This document shows, piece by piece, positions 1 through 12,539 of a stretch of 64,000 bases of DNA. How positions within the stretch are numbered: the first letter of the stretch is position 1; each line of letters begins with the position of its first letter. Where the stretch lies: NCBI GenBank assembly GCA_965112155.1, contig OZ218102.1; one strand, written 5' to 3'. The notes below the pieces were generated by a model, which worked only from the letters and a program-made list of their open reading frames with translations, ran no database searches and was not told the DNA's origin. The position numbers and the translations under genes were made by a program. Source of the stretch: Podarcis liolepis. Taxonomy: Eukaryota.

Positions 1-1295
1 CAACCGCTCTCTCAATCACCTTACCCAGGAACGGAAGATTCGAAACCGGGCGGTAATTGGATAGATCTAAGGGATCTAATGATGTTTTCTTTAAGAGCGG
101 GAGCACCACTGCCTCCTTCAGTTCCCCTGGAAATATCCCGGTGCCAAGGGACAAATTGATGATATCCCCGGGGGGGGGGGGCGCACCTCGTCTGGACACG
201 CTCTAATCAGCCAAGACGGGCACGGGTCAAGAGGACAGGTGGTGGGCTTTCCAGCTCGGAGGAGTCTGTCCACATCGGCTGGGGATATCCGGTCAAAGTG
301 GTCCAATACTGGACCCGAGGACAGTCGAGGGGCCTCCAGTTCCTTTATTGTATCCAAATTGGCAGGGAGGTCATGTCGGAGCAACAGGACCTTCTCCGCA
401 AAAAAGCTCGCAAATGCCTCACAGCTGTGTGTCAGATTGTTATTTAAATTTGGCTGTCCTTCAAGGGACGTTAAAGACCTAATTATACTAAATATTTGCG
501 CCGGGCAAGAGCTAGCGGATGCAATGGAGGCCGAGAAGTAAGACTTCTTAGCGGCCTTCACTGCCATCTCATAGGTTTTCATAAAAACCCTATAAGATGT
601 TCTTGAGGCTCCATCATGGGCACCCCGCCATACTCTCTCTAGCCGTTTGAGGTCCCGCTTCATTTTCCGAAGCTCCTCGGTAAACCAGGGAGCCCGGTTT
701 CTGCGGGGTCGCAGAGGGTGCTTAGGTGCGATCTCATCGATGGCTGCCAGGAGCTGGATATTCCAGCCCTCAACAAGCTCAGTCAATGAGTCGCCAGAGG
801 GAGCAAGGTCCCACAAGGCTTGACGGAATCTATCAGGGTCCATCAGCCTCTGCGGGCGAGCCCAAATCAGCTCGCCACCTAAGCAGGGTGGGGGTGGAAA
901 GTCAATCCTGGCTTTCAGAGCATAGTGATCAGACCATGGCACCTTCATCGAAGGAGACATGATCACATCTATACTGGCGCCAAAGATCAAATCCAGCGTG
1001 TGGCCTGCTTGATGTGTGGGGCCCGAAACAAACTGGGAGAGCCCTAATGTCACCATGGAAGACACCAGGTTCAGAGCCTGTAAGGAGGGAGTGGCATCAG
1101 CATGGATGTTGAAGTCCCCCAATACCAATAGGTTAGGGAACTCCAAGGCTCAGCCGGCCACCGCCTCCAGCAGGCCTGACAGGGTGGCTGCTGGTGCGCT
1201 AGGTGGCCGGTACACCAGCCAGACAGCCAAGCTCACCTCAGAGCCCCACACTAGGCCAACACATTCAATGCCCGGGATCAATGGCAATGGTAGAG
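1..1295 (-). mobile_element. L2-clade LINE, 5'-truncated ORF2 (APE endonuclease and start of RT), running off the window start
   Basis: ORF 118-1146 has APE motifs LVLGDFNIH, PTHQAGHTLDLIF and SDH, plus the L2-type TTCPLDPCPSWL. After a frameshift at the G run 170-181 it continues [34 protein letters not shown]. The upstream frame reads LVYRPP, followed by an in-frame stop. Confidence 0.9.
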
Positions 1296-1851
1296 CATAA
1301 TTACAGCCCTGCTAGAGCTTGAGCTGCTTTCAGAAGCATAAACCCTCCCCAGTTCTCACTGACACTACCTTATCACCATCCTGACCTCTTCTCTAGGTGT
1401 CTCCCGCATTTCGTTCTCTGGGATAACCAGCTGGCATATTTCATATGTTAACAAAACATTATGCACTGCAACTATTTAGGAGGTTTATTATAACGATTTC
1501 CAGATATACAGCACCTCCTACGCCCATTATTAATTCATTACTTGCTAGCAGTATGAATGCTACCACACAGGAAGCGGTGAACAGCAAAACAAGCATAAAT
1601 ATAAGCATGTTTAGTTATGACACTCTTTTTCTGCCCCTACACCATGAATAAATGTGAATGCTTGGATTACCATAGTTTTAGCTGCATATCTTTTGACAGT
1701 TGGTAAGGTGCAGAATAGCAGTCTTGTTAGCCCACACTTTAATATTAATCATTAAGGTTGCTTACAGCAAAAGTATTAAGATTCTACAGAGCTAATTATT
1801 TTTTCTAGATGATCTCTTTTCCTTAAAGGAAGAATGGGTTGAACTGGCTCA

Positions 1852-1853
<2 letters not shown>

Positions 1854-1924
<71 letters not shown>
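1854..1924. repeat. Compound (CT)n(CA)n microsatellite
   Basis: Directly visible. Confidence 0.95.
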
Positions 1925-1926
<2 letters not shown>

Positions 1927-2934
1927 AACCTTTGCCTTGAGTAATGGCTATATTAGTCCATTTCCAAGTGAATTTCAGAAGAACACACAGTAGCTGTAAA
2001 TAATGGCACAAATTGTGTCATCGGCACTCTCTTTATTCACTGATTTGGCTCCTCTGTCTGATCTAGCAAGCCCAGAGCTAAGCAACTTGGTGGCAAGCCA
2101 CAGAGCAATTTGCTCCTGCAAATCCTTTAATTCACTGCCTTACGTTATGCCTTCGGCAATATAGCTATAGCAAGGGACACTGTTGAGTTGCCAGAATGGA
2201 TAACTGTCCATTTACCCTGTGAAAGACACACTGCAGCCATCCTTGAACCAGTATTTATGAGGTTCTTATCTGGTCTTTTTCACGTTAAAGTAGTCAGAAA
2301 ACATCTGCCACAGGAGGATGAATATATGCAACGGGACACACAGCATCACGTCATGGTGATGTGTTTTAGATTTTTCTTACACGGGCTCTCTCAGGACATC
2401 TTTAAACTACAAATATAAACAATTTAAGTGTCATGCCTTCCTATGAAAGGGAAAACAGTTCTGTGACAGGGGATATGTGTGCTTCCGGTGTTTTCTTTAC
2501 CATTTTTGTATCTGTGCAGGGAAATAACAAATATATCTGTTGGTCTTACGGCCTACACAGCCTGGAGGCATACAATACTACAGACTTGCCAAAGTCCAAC
2601 ACAAAACCCTTGTCTGAAGCATTTGTCCTGCCTGTATTGACTGGCCTCAAGGTTGAGTTGGAAAGCATGGGGAAGTTTAGAGGAATTTGAATTCTGCTGT
2701 CTTTGGGGAAGAGAATTGTTTTTGATAGAACAGGGCAGGCTATCAAACTAAAGAAACAAGAGACCCTAGTAGATAAGCCAAACCAGCCCCATCTAGCACA
2801 GCAAAGGCCAGGAATGATGCAAGTTGTAGTTCAATAATACCTGGAGGTCCACATGTTCCTCAGGTCTGCCTTCATTTATTTATTAGGGACTTTTTTCATA
2901 AAGGTTAACTCAAAATGACTTACCCAAAACAGTA

Positions 2935-3301
2935 AAGTAAAGGTAAAGGTACCCCTGCCCGTATGGGCCAGTCGTGACCGACTCTAGGGTTGTGCGCTCA
3001 TCTCACTTAAGAGGCCGGGAGCCAGCGCCGTCCGAGGACACTTCCGGGTCATGTGGCCAGCATGACAAAGCTGCACTGGTGAGCCAGCACCAGCACCGCA
3101 CACGGAAACGCCGTTTACCTTCCCACTATAAAGCGGTACCTATTTATCTACTTGCACTTAGGGGCGCTTTCGAACTGCTAGGTGGGCAGGAGCTGGGACC
3201 GAACGACGGGAGCTTACCCCGCTGCGGGGATTCGAACCGCCGACCATACGATCAGCAAGTCCTAGGCACTGAGGTTTTAACCACAGCGTCACCCGCGTCC
3301 C
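2935..3301 (-). mobile_element. Sauria SINE, full length
   Basis: Reverse complement starts GGGACGCGGGTGACGCTGTGGTTAAAACC with a tRNA-like B box (GGTTCGAATCC) and ends in (ACCTTT)n. 13-bp TSD acccaaaacagta at 2922-2934 and 3304-3316. Confidence 0.93.
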
Positions 3302-4149
3302 ACACCCAAAACAGTAGCACACTTATAAATATAATTGTCAATTTTAAGGGAATCTAAAAAGAAAAATTCCTGGCATGCTACTCACAGTGATTCTGATAAT
3401 TCTACCCTTACTTTCCTAATGCTAAATTGAATGATGAAATTGTAGGTGGTTATGCCTAATTAATTCTTATTTTTGTCAGCGTACAATATTATTTCACCTC
3501 TGATTGGCCTAAGAAGAGCAGCATATCCCATCAAACAGATGCAGCAAATGTTAAATTGAGTGTTTATTAATCTGAGGGTTGTTTTTTTTAAAAAAGATAT
3601 GAATTGATTTCTCCTAGCTAGGTTTAACGGTGTTAATCTTTCTGGTCCCCCGCCCCCATTAAGCAGCTTGTCTCATTAAATTATCAATCACAGCATGGTA
3701 TGAGTAAAGACTAAATGCAAGCTTTCTAGTGAGCCCAAGATAAGGAAAGAGGCAGACACCTCTAGCTTCCAGACCAGAAACAGCCTGATCAAAAATTAAT
3801 TGAAACATATTACACAGCCATAACATTGTGGAATCATGCCTCTGTGAAAGATATACAGAATGAAGAAGATACTATCCAAAATATTAAGCTTATGCAAGGT
3901 CAACATGAGCTTTGGCATAATACATTGAAGAGAACTGGATGGATGCTGCAAAGGCACGCACACTTACCCTTGAGTAAGTCTCTTTAGTCTGTATAGAACT
4001 TACTTCTGAATAAGCTTGCCTCAGCCAAGGATACACAACACATAATTAATAGGGATTAGGCTCTGTTTACCTGACACTGAACAGGTGAAATGACCCAAGG
4101 ACAAAGATTATTGAATACAGCTCAGTATGTATTGCTTCTTTACTTAGCC

Positions 4150-4298
4150 CTATGCCCTGGGTAGTCAACATGATGCTCTCCAAATGTTGGTTGGACTACA
4201 ATGCCCATCATTTCTGATCATTGGCTATGCTGGATGGGGTTGATGGGAACTGGAATCTAATAGCTTCTGAAGGGCTCCACATTGGCTTCCATCCCTGC
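4150..4298. mobile_element. Short squamate non-autonomous DNA transposon (hAT-like, 'ggactacaactcccatca' family)
   Basis: Internal inverted motif ggactaca-atgcccatca...tgatgggaactgg. Related degenerate copies at about 2775-2870, 13745-13835, 14270-14395, 21390-21500 and 32935-33070. Confidence 0.6.
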
Positions 4299-5564
4299 CT
4301 TGCTACTATCCCATGGATGGCTCTTGGACAAGGAAATCATGCAATTTATAGAAATCAGCTTGTATAATTTGTTTATTGTCTATAAGGAGATGAAATGAAA
4401 TGGATTTGTTCAAAGGAATATAGAAAAAAGTAGAATTAAATGGTTCGATCCAGCTAATGTTAGTTATAAAAAAGACTTAAAACTAAGCAAACTTACTAAG
4501 GAGTACTTGTCCCACTAAATGCAGAGTAAGACTGGGGCGTGAGTAAACTTGAGAAGGCTACCTTTTCCTTTGAATATAAAGGATGGTATTCAATGAAGTT
4601 TGAGTAAGTTTGAGTAGACCAATTTAAATGAAGGAACATCACTAAGTTAGGTCCATTAATTTAAACAGTTCTACTCTGAATAAAACGTAATTGAATGCCA
4701 CCCAATGTGGCTTAAGTTAGTTTTCACTAACTAGCTAAATGGCAGTTTGAACCCTGGCCTCCCAGGTCCTATTCCAAAACTCTTAACCACTATGCCATGC
4801 TGGTTATCCACACTGTACTGCCTCTATTTGTTAGTGACTCTTCCATGAGATACATTTAAGCATGCCTTTTACATTTTGCATACGCAGCACTGTCTCCATT
4901 CTAGTTTTCTCTGAAGAGTTTTTTTTAGAAGAACATGCTCCCAAATTACAAGAGCCATCCCGCTCCTTTGCTTGTTGCAATAAATTCAACCATAGTCTCC
5001 ATTCAGAATGTATGAATACTAATATTTTGCACTAATAAAAATTCTTTGGCAACTATCATAATGGGAATTACATTTAAAAATAAATATACTGCAGTTATTT
5101 TTCAGCTGAATACCTGCCATGAACAGGGCAACCATCTATTTTTCTTTTATTTCTATTTCCTTTATTTTTATATGAATTGATACTTAGCAAAAGAATTTAA
5201 ACAAAGCCATTCTCAAAGAATGGTGCACATTATTCACAAATCAGTGAGGCTATCAGTAAACCTACTCTACATCGCTACATTAACATTCAGCATTCACTAT
5301 GCAGGAGAATAGAAAGCCTTTAAAAGCCTTTTTGCCATTCACTTCATATTTTTTTTAATGCTATTAAAAATTCATTGCAGGGCCATGTCCAGAGGTTTTT
5401 TTAATTGACTACGAAGACATGTGTAGTTAGTTGTACATGCCCAGGAAAACTTTGGATTCTTGTTTTCTTAACAACCTTCCACTATCCTGCAAACCAAAAA
5501 TGTTTTCAACCCCAGATATTATTAATAAAAATTTTATTTACCTTGCCCATCTGACTGTGATATG

Positions 5565-6112
5565 TGTGGGAAATTGCAGTCAAACATATGCATGAGTGCC
5601 AGCTAGTGCATGAAGGGGTTAAGGCAACGAGGTTGTCATCCTAGACTCAGCTAGGTCATGCCCCCTCTTCTCCAGCGAAGGAGGAAGTGAAGCCTTCACT
5701 TCCAGTTCCCCCTCTCTCTGCGCCATGTAACTGACCAAGAAAGACATGCCTAAGCAAACTCCAAGCTTAGAGCACATGTCTGAAGCTATCTTTCTGTATT
5801 TTCTCTCCTAGTATTCTGCCTGTGTTCTCCTTGCTGCTATATGAATTAATCCGTAAGTAAGGCATTTTTAACTGACTTCACCGTGTGTGGTCTGTTCATT
5901 GCAAGAGGGGTAGAAAGAGAGGAGCACTGTTTATAAGCAGACTAAATGGGATAAAAGGGTCTACTAACACTATACTGCTGCTTGATTTTTTGAGTTTGCA
6001 CTCTGCTACTGGGGGCTCTCTCTTTCAGGACAGTTAGTTTTGAATCCAGGCACGTAGCCTATCCTTTACCCCACACACATGGGTCACAGGGATTCATATT
6101 TTACCTCCCACA
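5565..6112. mobile_element. Probable solo LTR
   Basis: Begins TGTGGGA and ends TCCCACA (TG...CA inverted termini). Flanks atatg/gtatg are a possible 5-bp TSD with one mismatch. Confidence 0.5.
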
Positions 6113-6239
6113 GTATGATGTGAAGAAATTTTGCTATTCAAAGGTGGGTGTGGGTGTCAGATTGCTGCTGAGCATACCTAAATCCATCAGCACACCCAAA
6201 GTAGTTATGTGGATCAGCTATTGATTTCCACTAAAGGAA

Positions 6240-6249
6240 CACACACACA

Positions 6250-6304
<55 letters not shown>
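6240..6304. repeat. (CA)n(GA)n microsatellite
   Basis: Directly visible. Confidence 0.95.
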
Positions 6305-6306
<2 letters not shown>

Positions 6307-6699
6307 TAGGGGAACAACTTCATTCCCACGTATTCATAGTCAACAAACTCTACAAGACCACAGATGGAACTCAAAGCAGTGCCAATGAGATTGTTCCATC
6401 AAGCAGAACTTCCGCACTCACAGAGCTATTTCCTTTCTCCTCCCCCACATGCTGTTCTGGGAGTTCTGATCTGCCTAGAGCCAAATTTGGGGTGGGGCAG
6501 AAGACAGGGAGAAAGATCCATTGCACTAGTGGGACCTGTTGCTTCGGCTCTTGCTAACACAACTATTTCCAGAAAAGAGAGGCCAGCAGGTGAAGACCAC
6601 CACAAGATCTACAACAGTTTGTATTGTCCCTACCTCCTTCCCTCCACAGGACGATGGCATCCGGTGTCCTTTGGGAAGGATCCCAGAGAGTTTTAAACA

Positions 6700-7123
6700 A
6701 GTTTCTGGGTAATGACCCCTAAGTATGGGTCATTAAATTAACGAAGAAGGTGGCTCTGTGCCAGATGACAAGTGGGTGGGCCCCACCCCTCTGGGTGGGC
6801 CCTGCCCCTCAACTGTTTGTCAGTTAGAAGGACAAAAGCAAGAGTTGAGGTGTGCAAGCTAGGAGGAGGCTGGAGAGCTGGGAGACAGAGCCATGCCTGA
6901 TTTCTGCTGTGATCCAAGGCTGTATGGGAGAAACAAGACCCCCTTCGGGTGTTAATGCTGTGAGCACCTCCATCATAGGCTCGGGTTATACAGTATGTAT
7001 GTGTAAACAAGCCATGTATCTTAAAGACACTATAGTCTCCACTGTCCCTCATTCTGAGGAACTCAAACCCTGGGTAAGTGCCTAGAAGCTCACACCACTC
7101 AGAGATTGGGGTGGCATGCAACA
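6700..7123 (+). mobile_element. Old solo-LTR-like repeat, several related copies in the window
   Basis: Shares the block tgtaaa(t)aa..ccat...aaagacac(t/c)a(t/c)agtctcc...gagattgg.gtggc...caaca with about 17300-17527 and 53435-53899, and more weakly with 43375-43680. Ends in AACA. Confidence 0.5.
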
Positions 7124-9707
7124 AAATGTTAAATATTGCTTTTATTGTTTTATTAAAATATGTAATTTAATGTAGCTTGTAAGCCACCTTGGAATGGTTT
7201 ATACCTGGGAGGTGGGATAATAAACAATTGTCACGAGTAAATAAATATGACCACACCCCTCACTTGCAATCTGAAGCAGGGAAGACTAGAAGCCTACCAC
7301 CTCTTTCTGCACAAAGGGAGCTAAACTCATAGCTCACACCAAACAAATATTCAATCAGCTCACATAACTGGAGCACCGCTGACTTGAGGTATTGACGCAA
7401 GCAAAGGGTGACTGGCTGGGTTGAGCCGGCACATGCACATGTCTTCCTTTCCTGAGATCTTGAGCAATATACCAGGATTTGCCCCACTGCTGCTGCTGCT
7501 GCTGTTGCTGCTAGCAAGTCAAAAGGCACATGCCATATAAATGAAGAAAAAACACCAAAGGAGAATACCTCTATGCCTCTATTACTCTTCAGTTGGAGCC
7601 TCCACGTACTGGGCCTCCACACTAGCTCTGTGCCCACCTGTCAGCAGGCCTGTCAATCAAATTCTAAATAGAAGTCATTACACCACACAGTTACAGTCAG
7701 TACCTGAGTAAAAAGGCTGACAGGAACAGCTTGCTCATGGCTGAGCAACTCCTCCCAAACCTGATGGAGCACTGTGGGGAATGAAAATACCATTTTTAAA
7801 GAAGTATGAACAAGTATGTGAGCTAAAGGAATATTTTTCCACACTTCCCAGCCTGAAATGACGAATGGCTCTTCTGGCTGGTGCCTTGATGGTGAAAAGG
7901 TGTTAGGAAATATTATTTGCATTCTTCAACAAAACTATGGTATGATCGAATGAAATAAGACATTCAAAACCAACAAGAATGATTCCAGGGGAGGTTTCTT
8001 TTTTTAAAAAAAAAAATTACTCTAACACAAGGCCAACTATCTATAATTAAGGTATTTAAAATCTCTGAAAAATATTGCCTTGAGGAGGAGCTACACAAAG
8101 GAAATTCTTTTTGACTATTAACTAAGCTTAGAAATTTGGTCCAGATTGTACATTTGCCTCTTGATGTGGCACCTTCTGAATAGCACATCCTGTACTGGAC
8201 TCCAGAAAAAAAAAATAGGAAAGTCCCTTTCTACACTGCCCAAAATACACAACTGTAACTGCAAATGCACCTCCCATTTGCTTATTCATTTCCCCATGCG
8301 TTTCTGGACAAGAAAGAACTGCCTTCGCTGCTGCACATGGCCTTGACACCAAGGAGCCCTGGAAATGGCCCCTCTCCCCACAGTCTTCAGATGCAGTAAA
8401 GTGCAGTGCCATTGCTGCAACTTTCCAATCCTTTCACACCTCCCTGCTCTCCCCACATTGCTGACACACCTTGAAGCCACCATCTTCTTGTGATGACATA
8501 TTGTGTTTGTGTCAACTTACTGGTTTATGGTGTATGCACATCAGGGATACTGGGATGGGGGGATGCAAATTAACAAACGCGACTCAAGGACACACAAGCT
8601 GCAGGCTCACAATTTTCCTGGGTGAACCATAATCATGAAGTTTGGGGAGGGTTCCATTTACAGATTCCTCAAGTATCCTGGATGTCACTGACCAGAGCGA
8701 ACGGATGTGGTGGAAGTTTGTGTAGTCAGGAAAACAAAAGGCAGGTTGTGCACAGGGCACTGGGTACAAAATACATGCATTGTACACAAACCTACCATTT
8801 TAACTATTAATTAAAAGTGTGTTTTTTAACAGAACAGGTTGAACCAACATCAAGGAGCAAGATGGGAAATAGAAAATAATCTGCAGATTAGACTGATATC
8901 ACTTTTTTCAGAATGATTCGTCCCTAGGCAATGCCCCAGGAGTTTTGTTTAAAGCACCCTTAACTTAAACATTTTGAAAAAATAAACATTTTGTGTTGCA
9001 TGTAGAGAAACATTTGTCCCTGCAATAACTATTTTCATCAGCCTCGACTCCTGAAAAATTATCGGGATATACAGCAGTATTGGTGAATATTCCTTTTCTA
9101 TATGAACCCTGCTTTAAATTAAGAAGATCTTCCTGAATTAAGTGGATATTTTGTCTTGAATAGGCCTTTCCTTGTACTACAGGAATATTCTGAAGATAAC
9201 CAGCTACTTAATTTTGGTGTGAACTTCTAAGGTGCTATAAAACATAATCTCAAGATTACTGTAATGTTACTTCATTACTTGAGATAAGTGGCCTAGAAAA
9301 TGGGTAGCACACCGGTATGAGAAATACATAGTCAGATCAAAGTTCCCTGGTTGCTTTCAATTAAAGGTGACCTATAAAGGAAAGAAACATTCACTACTTT
9401 AAAGGTCTTTTATAATATACATGGTTTATAACTTACAAAACAAAAATCTACTATTCTCTCATACTTTTGACATCTGTAATAGACAGCCTAATGAAAAAGA
9501 CTAGAGTCCCAACCCCAGCTGTTACCCAGCAGGGTTGAAAAGAGCAGTGAGGCCTCTGCTGCCTCCTCAGCCCTGCCACACAGGGCATCCTACACTCTAT
9601 ACAAATTTGCATAAAAGTGGACACAAATTTGCATAAAAGTGGCATATGGCTATTTATATTAGATTTCATTTCATTTATGAATCACTTGCTATGAAGCATC
9701 TTGAAGT

Positions 9708-10100
9708 CAGCGGCGTAGCGTGGGTTGTCAGCACCCGGGGCAAGGCAAGTAATTTGCGCCCCCTAACCCCTAACCTGCCGCCGCTGCCAGCTTCTTCTTC
9801 CTGCTGCCTGGTCTGGTCTGGTGTGGTTCTCTCCCGCGCTCAGCGCTGCGCTGGGTGGCCGCTGCACTGTCCCTCCCCCAGATAGTCCCTCGCTCTCTCT
9901 CCGCACCGCACGCCTGGCACCCACCCCCTCCATAGTGGGCGGCGACCCAGCGGCTCGGATCGGATTCGCACAGCCAGCACTGCAGTGAGAGAGAGTGAGT
10001 GAGCCAGGTAGGGGCAGAGAGCTGCGAGTGCGAGCACGCCCCCCCCCGATGTTGCGCCCGGTGCGGCCGGCCCCCCTGCACCCCCCACGCTACGCCACTG
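9708..10100. mobile_element. Non-autonomous hAT DNA transposon (393 bp)
   Basis: Terminal inverted repeats (TIRs) CAGCGGCGTAGCGTGGG / CCCACGCTACGCCACTG. Perfect 8-bp TSD cttgaagt at 9700-9707 and 10101-10108. CpG-rich interior. Confidence 0.92.
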
Positions 10101-10231
10101 CTTGAAGTGATCCACAAGCACAAATAAAAGCCCATAAAACACAATCGCCTCTTTAAGCAGCTTAAAGAGCACATATACAAAAACAATGTATGCGTTTAGA
10201 TGCAAACTTTGAAGCAATTACTACAAACAAC

Positions 10232-10550
10232 TAGAGCCAGGGCTTTCTCGGCTGCGGCTCCAATCTGGTGGAACGCTCTGTCACAAGAGACTAGGGCCCT
10301 GCGGGACCTGACATCTTTCCGCAAGGCCTGCAAGACAGAGTTGTTCCACCAGGCCTTTGGTCAGGACGCAGCCTGACTCCCTCCTCTGGCAACCTGCACA
10401 GAATTTTGCTCAATGGTTGCCATTAATTTGATTTTAATTTTTTATAATGAAATGTTTTTAGAATGTTGGATTATTTGATTGTTTGATTATTTGATTGTTG
10501 TTAGCCGCCCTGAGCCTGGCTTCTGCTGGGGAGGGCGGGATATAAATAAA

Positions 10551-10597
<47 letters not shown>
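10232..10597 (+). mobile_element. L2 LINE 3' end with (TTA)n tail
   Basis: Encodes the RT C-terminus RARAFSAAAPIWWNALSQETR..., then a 3' UTR ending gccgccctgag...gggcgggatataaataa and (tta)n. Confidence 0.85.
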
Positions 10598-10599
<2 letters not shown>

Positions 10600-10671
10600 A
10601 GATATATTATGGATTTCACCAGAGAGGGGAAGGCACCAGGTGGCTTGTCTGCCTGTTCCGTCTGCTGATGA

Positions 10672-10838
10672 AAGGAAGTAGCTCAGAGGTAGAGGATCTG
10701 CTGTGCCTGCAGAAAGTCCCAGTTCAATTCTCAGCATTTCCAGGTTGGGCAAGGAATGTCCCTTGTCTGAAACCTTGAGGAGTCGCTGCCAGTCAGCTAG
10801 ATGGACCAATGGTCAGTGTAAGGCAGCTTCCTATATTG
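10672..10838 (+). mobile_element. Old tRNA-derived SINE
   Basis: tRNA-like head (gtagctcagaggtagag...gttcaatt) and body gctgccagtcag..agatggaccaatggtc..taaggcagcttcctat. Related copies at about 18605-18720(-), 33505-33560(-), 40670-40815(+) and 44940-45085(-). Confidence 0.6.
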
Positions 10839-11988
10839 CTCCAGGTATCAAAATACACTGACCCAGTGAATTTATCTAGGAACACCTGGTGCAAAAGATT
10901 GTGGAAGCTAGTGGTATGGATCTGATCAGGGTGTGCCAAAAAAAGAATCTCTAGAACAGATTAACATAGTAAGGTTGTGGGTTTTTTTCCTTTTGGGGGA
11001 GATGAGACATTTGCCTCAAAACTCTTGCATAGTCAACCTCTCTTCCAGGATTCACAATGCATTATCCAAAATGAATGTCAATATTTGTAGCATTTCTTCT
11101 CCGGTAAGGGTGATACAGCAACAATAACTTGTCTTATATTGGTAACTGCTAGTGAATTGTGCTCCTGCTTACTCTAGTTTCATTTGGAGCTTTTTCAAAC
11201 AGCAGGACAGAAAGTGTTCCTTATAAGTGCTATCTCTCTCCACAGTCTTTTTGCAGGAAGCAATTAGATTTTTCTTTTTTTCCCTTTTTTGTTTCCAATT
11301 GTACAATATTTGCTCAATTCTTGTTTCAGTAGGGATTTAAAATGTCAAATACCACAGTAGGGCCATGATAAAAATGTATGTCATACTGTGACTTCTGACA
11401 CTGTTCTCTAACCTATGCAGTTTTCTCATTCATTTTAACAGTTTTTCTCTGTATTTTTACACCAGTTGAAATTTTCCTTGTAGAGGTTACAAGGCTATTT
11501 GCTTGCATGTTTTAAAGTTAAAAAATACAATATTGAATAGAACATTGGAAGGGGGAAGAGCCTTTCTATGAAATGCCACTGCAACTGTGGTAATTTAAAA
11601 ATATCACACCATTACTCCCTGGAGTAAGTGAACTTCTCTGTTGGTGAGGGAAAGAAGTTGTGCTGCAACCACGATCCTATATAGTCAGGCTAGGACAAAT
11701 ATCCCCCCCCCCCTTCCTGGGCCATTCCTTGACTACAAAAAGGAAGTATATTCTATTACTGTTGAGATGGGGGTGTCACTTTACCTGCAGTTACAAATTT
11801 TCTATGGCAGTAATCTTTCTCACACCCAAACCATGTATTAAAACACAATGCTTCTTCCAAATAATCCTGGGTACTGATTTCTTTAAGGGTGCTGGAAATT
11901 GTAGCTCTGGGAAGGCTACACTACAGTTCTCAAGCTGCTTTGGGAAAGCCATGTAGTTTAAATTTGTGTTAAATGTGCTTTAGAAGTA

Positions 11989-12230
11989 CAGTGGTACCTC
12001 TGGTTAAGAACTTAATTCGTTCCAGAGGTCCGTTCTCAACCTGAAACTGTTCTTCACCTGAGGTACCACTTTAGCTAATGGGGCCTCCCACTGCCACCGC
12101 ACCACCAGCACATGATTTCTGTTCTCATCCTGAGGTAAAGTTCTTAACCTGAGGTACTACTTCCGGGTTAGCAGAGTCTGTAACCTGAAGCGTTTGTAAC
12201 CCAAAGCATTTGTAAATCGAGGTACCACTG
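11989..12230. mobile_element. Tc1/mariner (Tigger/pogo-like) MITE
   Basis: TIR CAGTGGTACCTC...GAGGTACCACTG with TA on both sides. Inserted near the end of an older MITE (about 11820-12238). Confidence 0.92.
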
Positions 12231-12539
12231 TATGGTGTTGTTGTGACCCTTCTGTCTTTTAACTATGTCAGTGGAGGCTTCTCCCTCTCCCTCTCCCTCC
12301 AAAAGGCATTGCAACCATTTCAGGCAGCAGCTTGGATGTTCTCAGCAGTCTGTGTGGCTGGGCCAGGATGCTCCTGGAAACAACACTATGCCATAATTCA
12401 GCCTTTTCCCAAAAGGATTCACATGGGGGGGGGGGGGAGATGGCTGCCTCAGTTAGCCACCTTGAACTGAAAGCAGCAAAATCACCTCCCGATGAGACAG
12501 CAAGGTATTTATTTTATTTTTTTGGTAAAAGAAAAATGT

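Noticed and set aside
2285-2330. Possible next CTNNA3 exon (gtcagaaaacatc resembles the reverse of a DVSD codon string)
   Set aside because: The surrounding translation does not give TPEELEDVSD and there are no fitting splice sites. I found no other CTNNA3 exon or nested LRRTM3 by eye.
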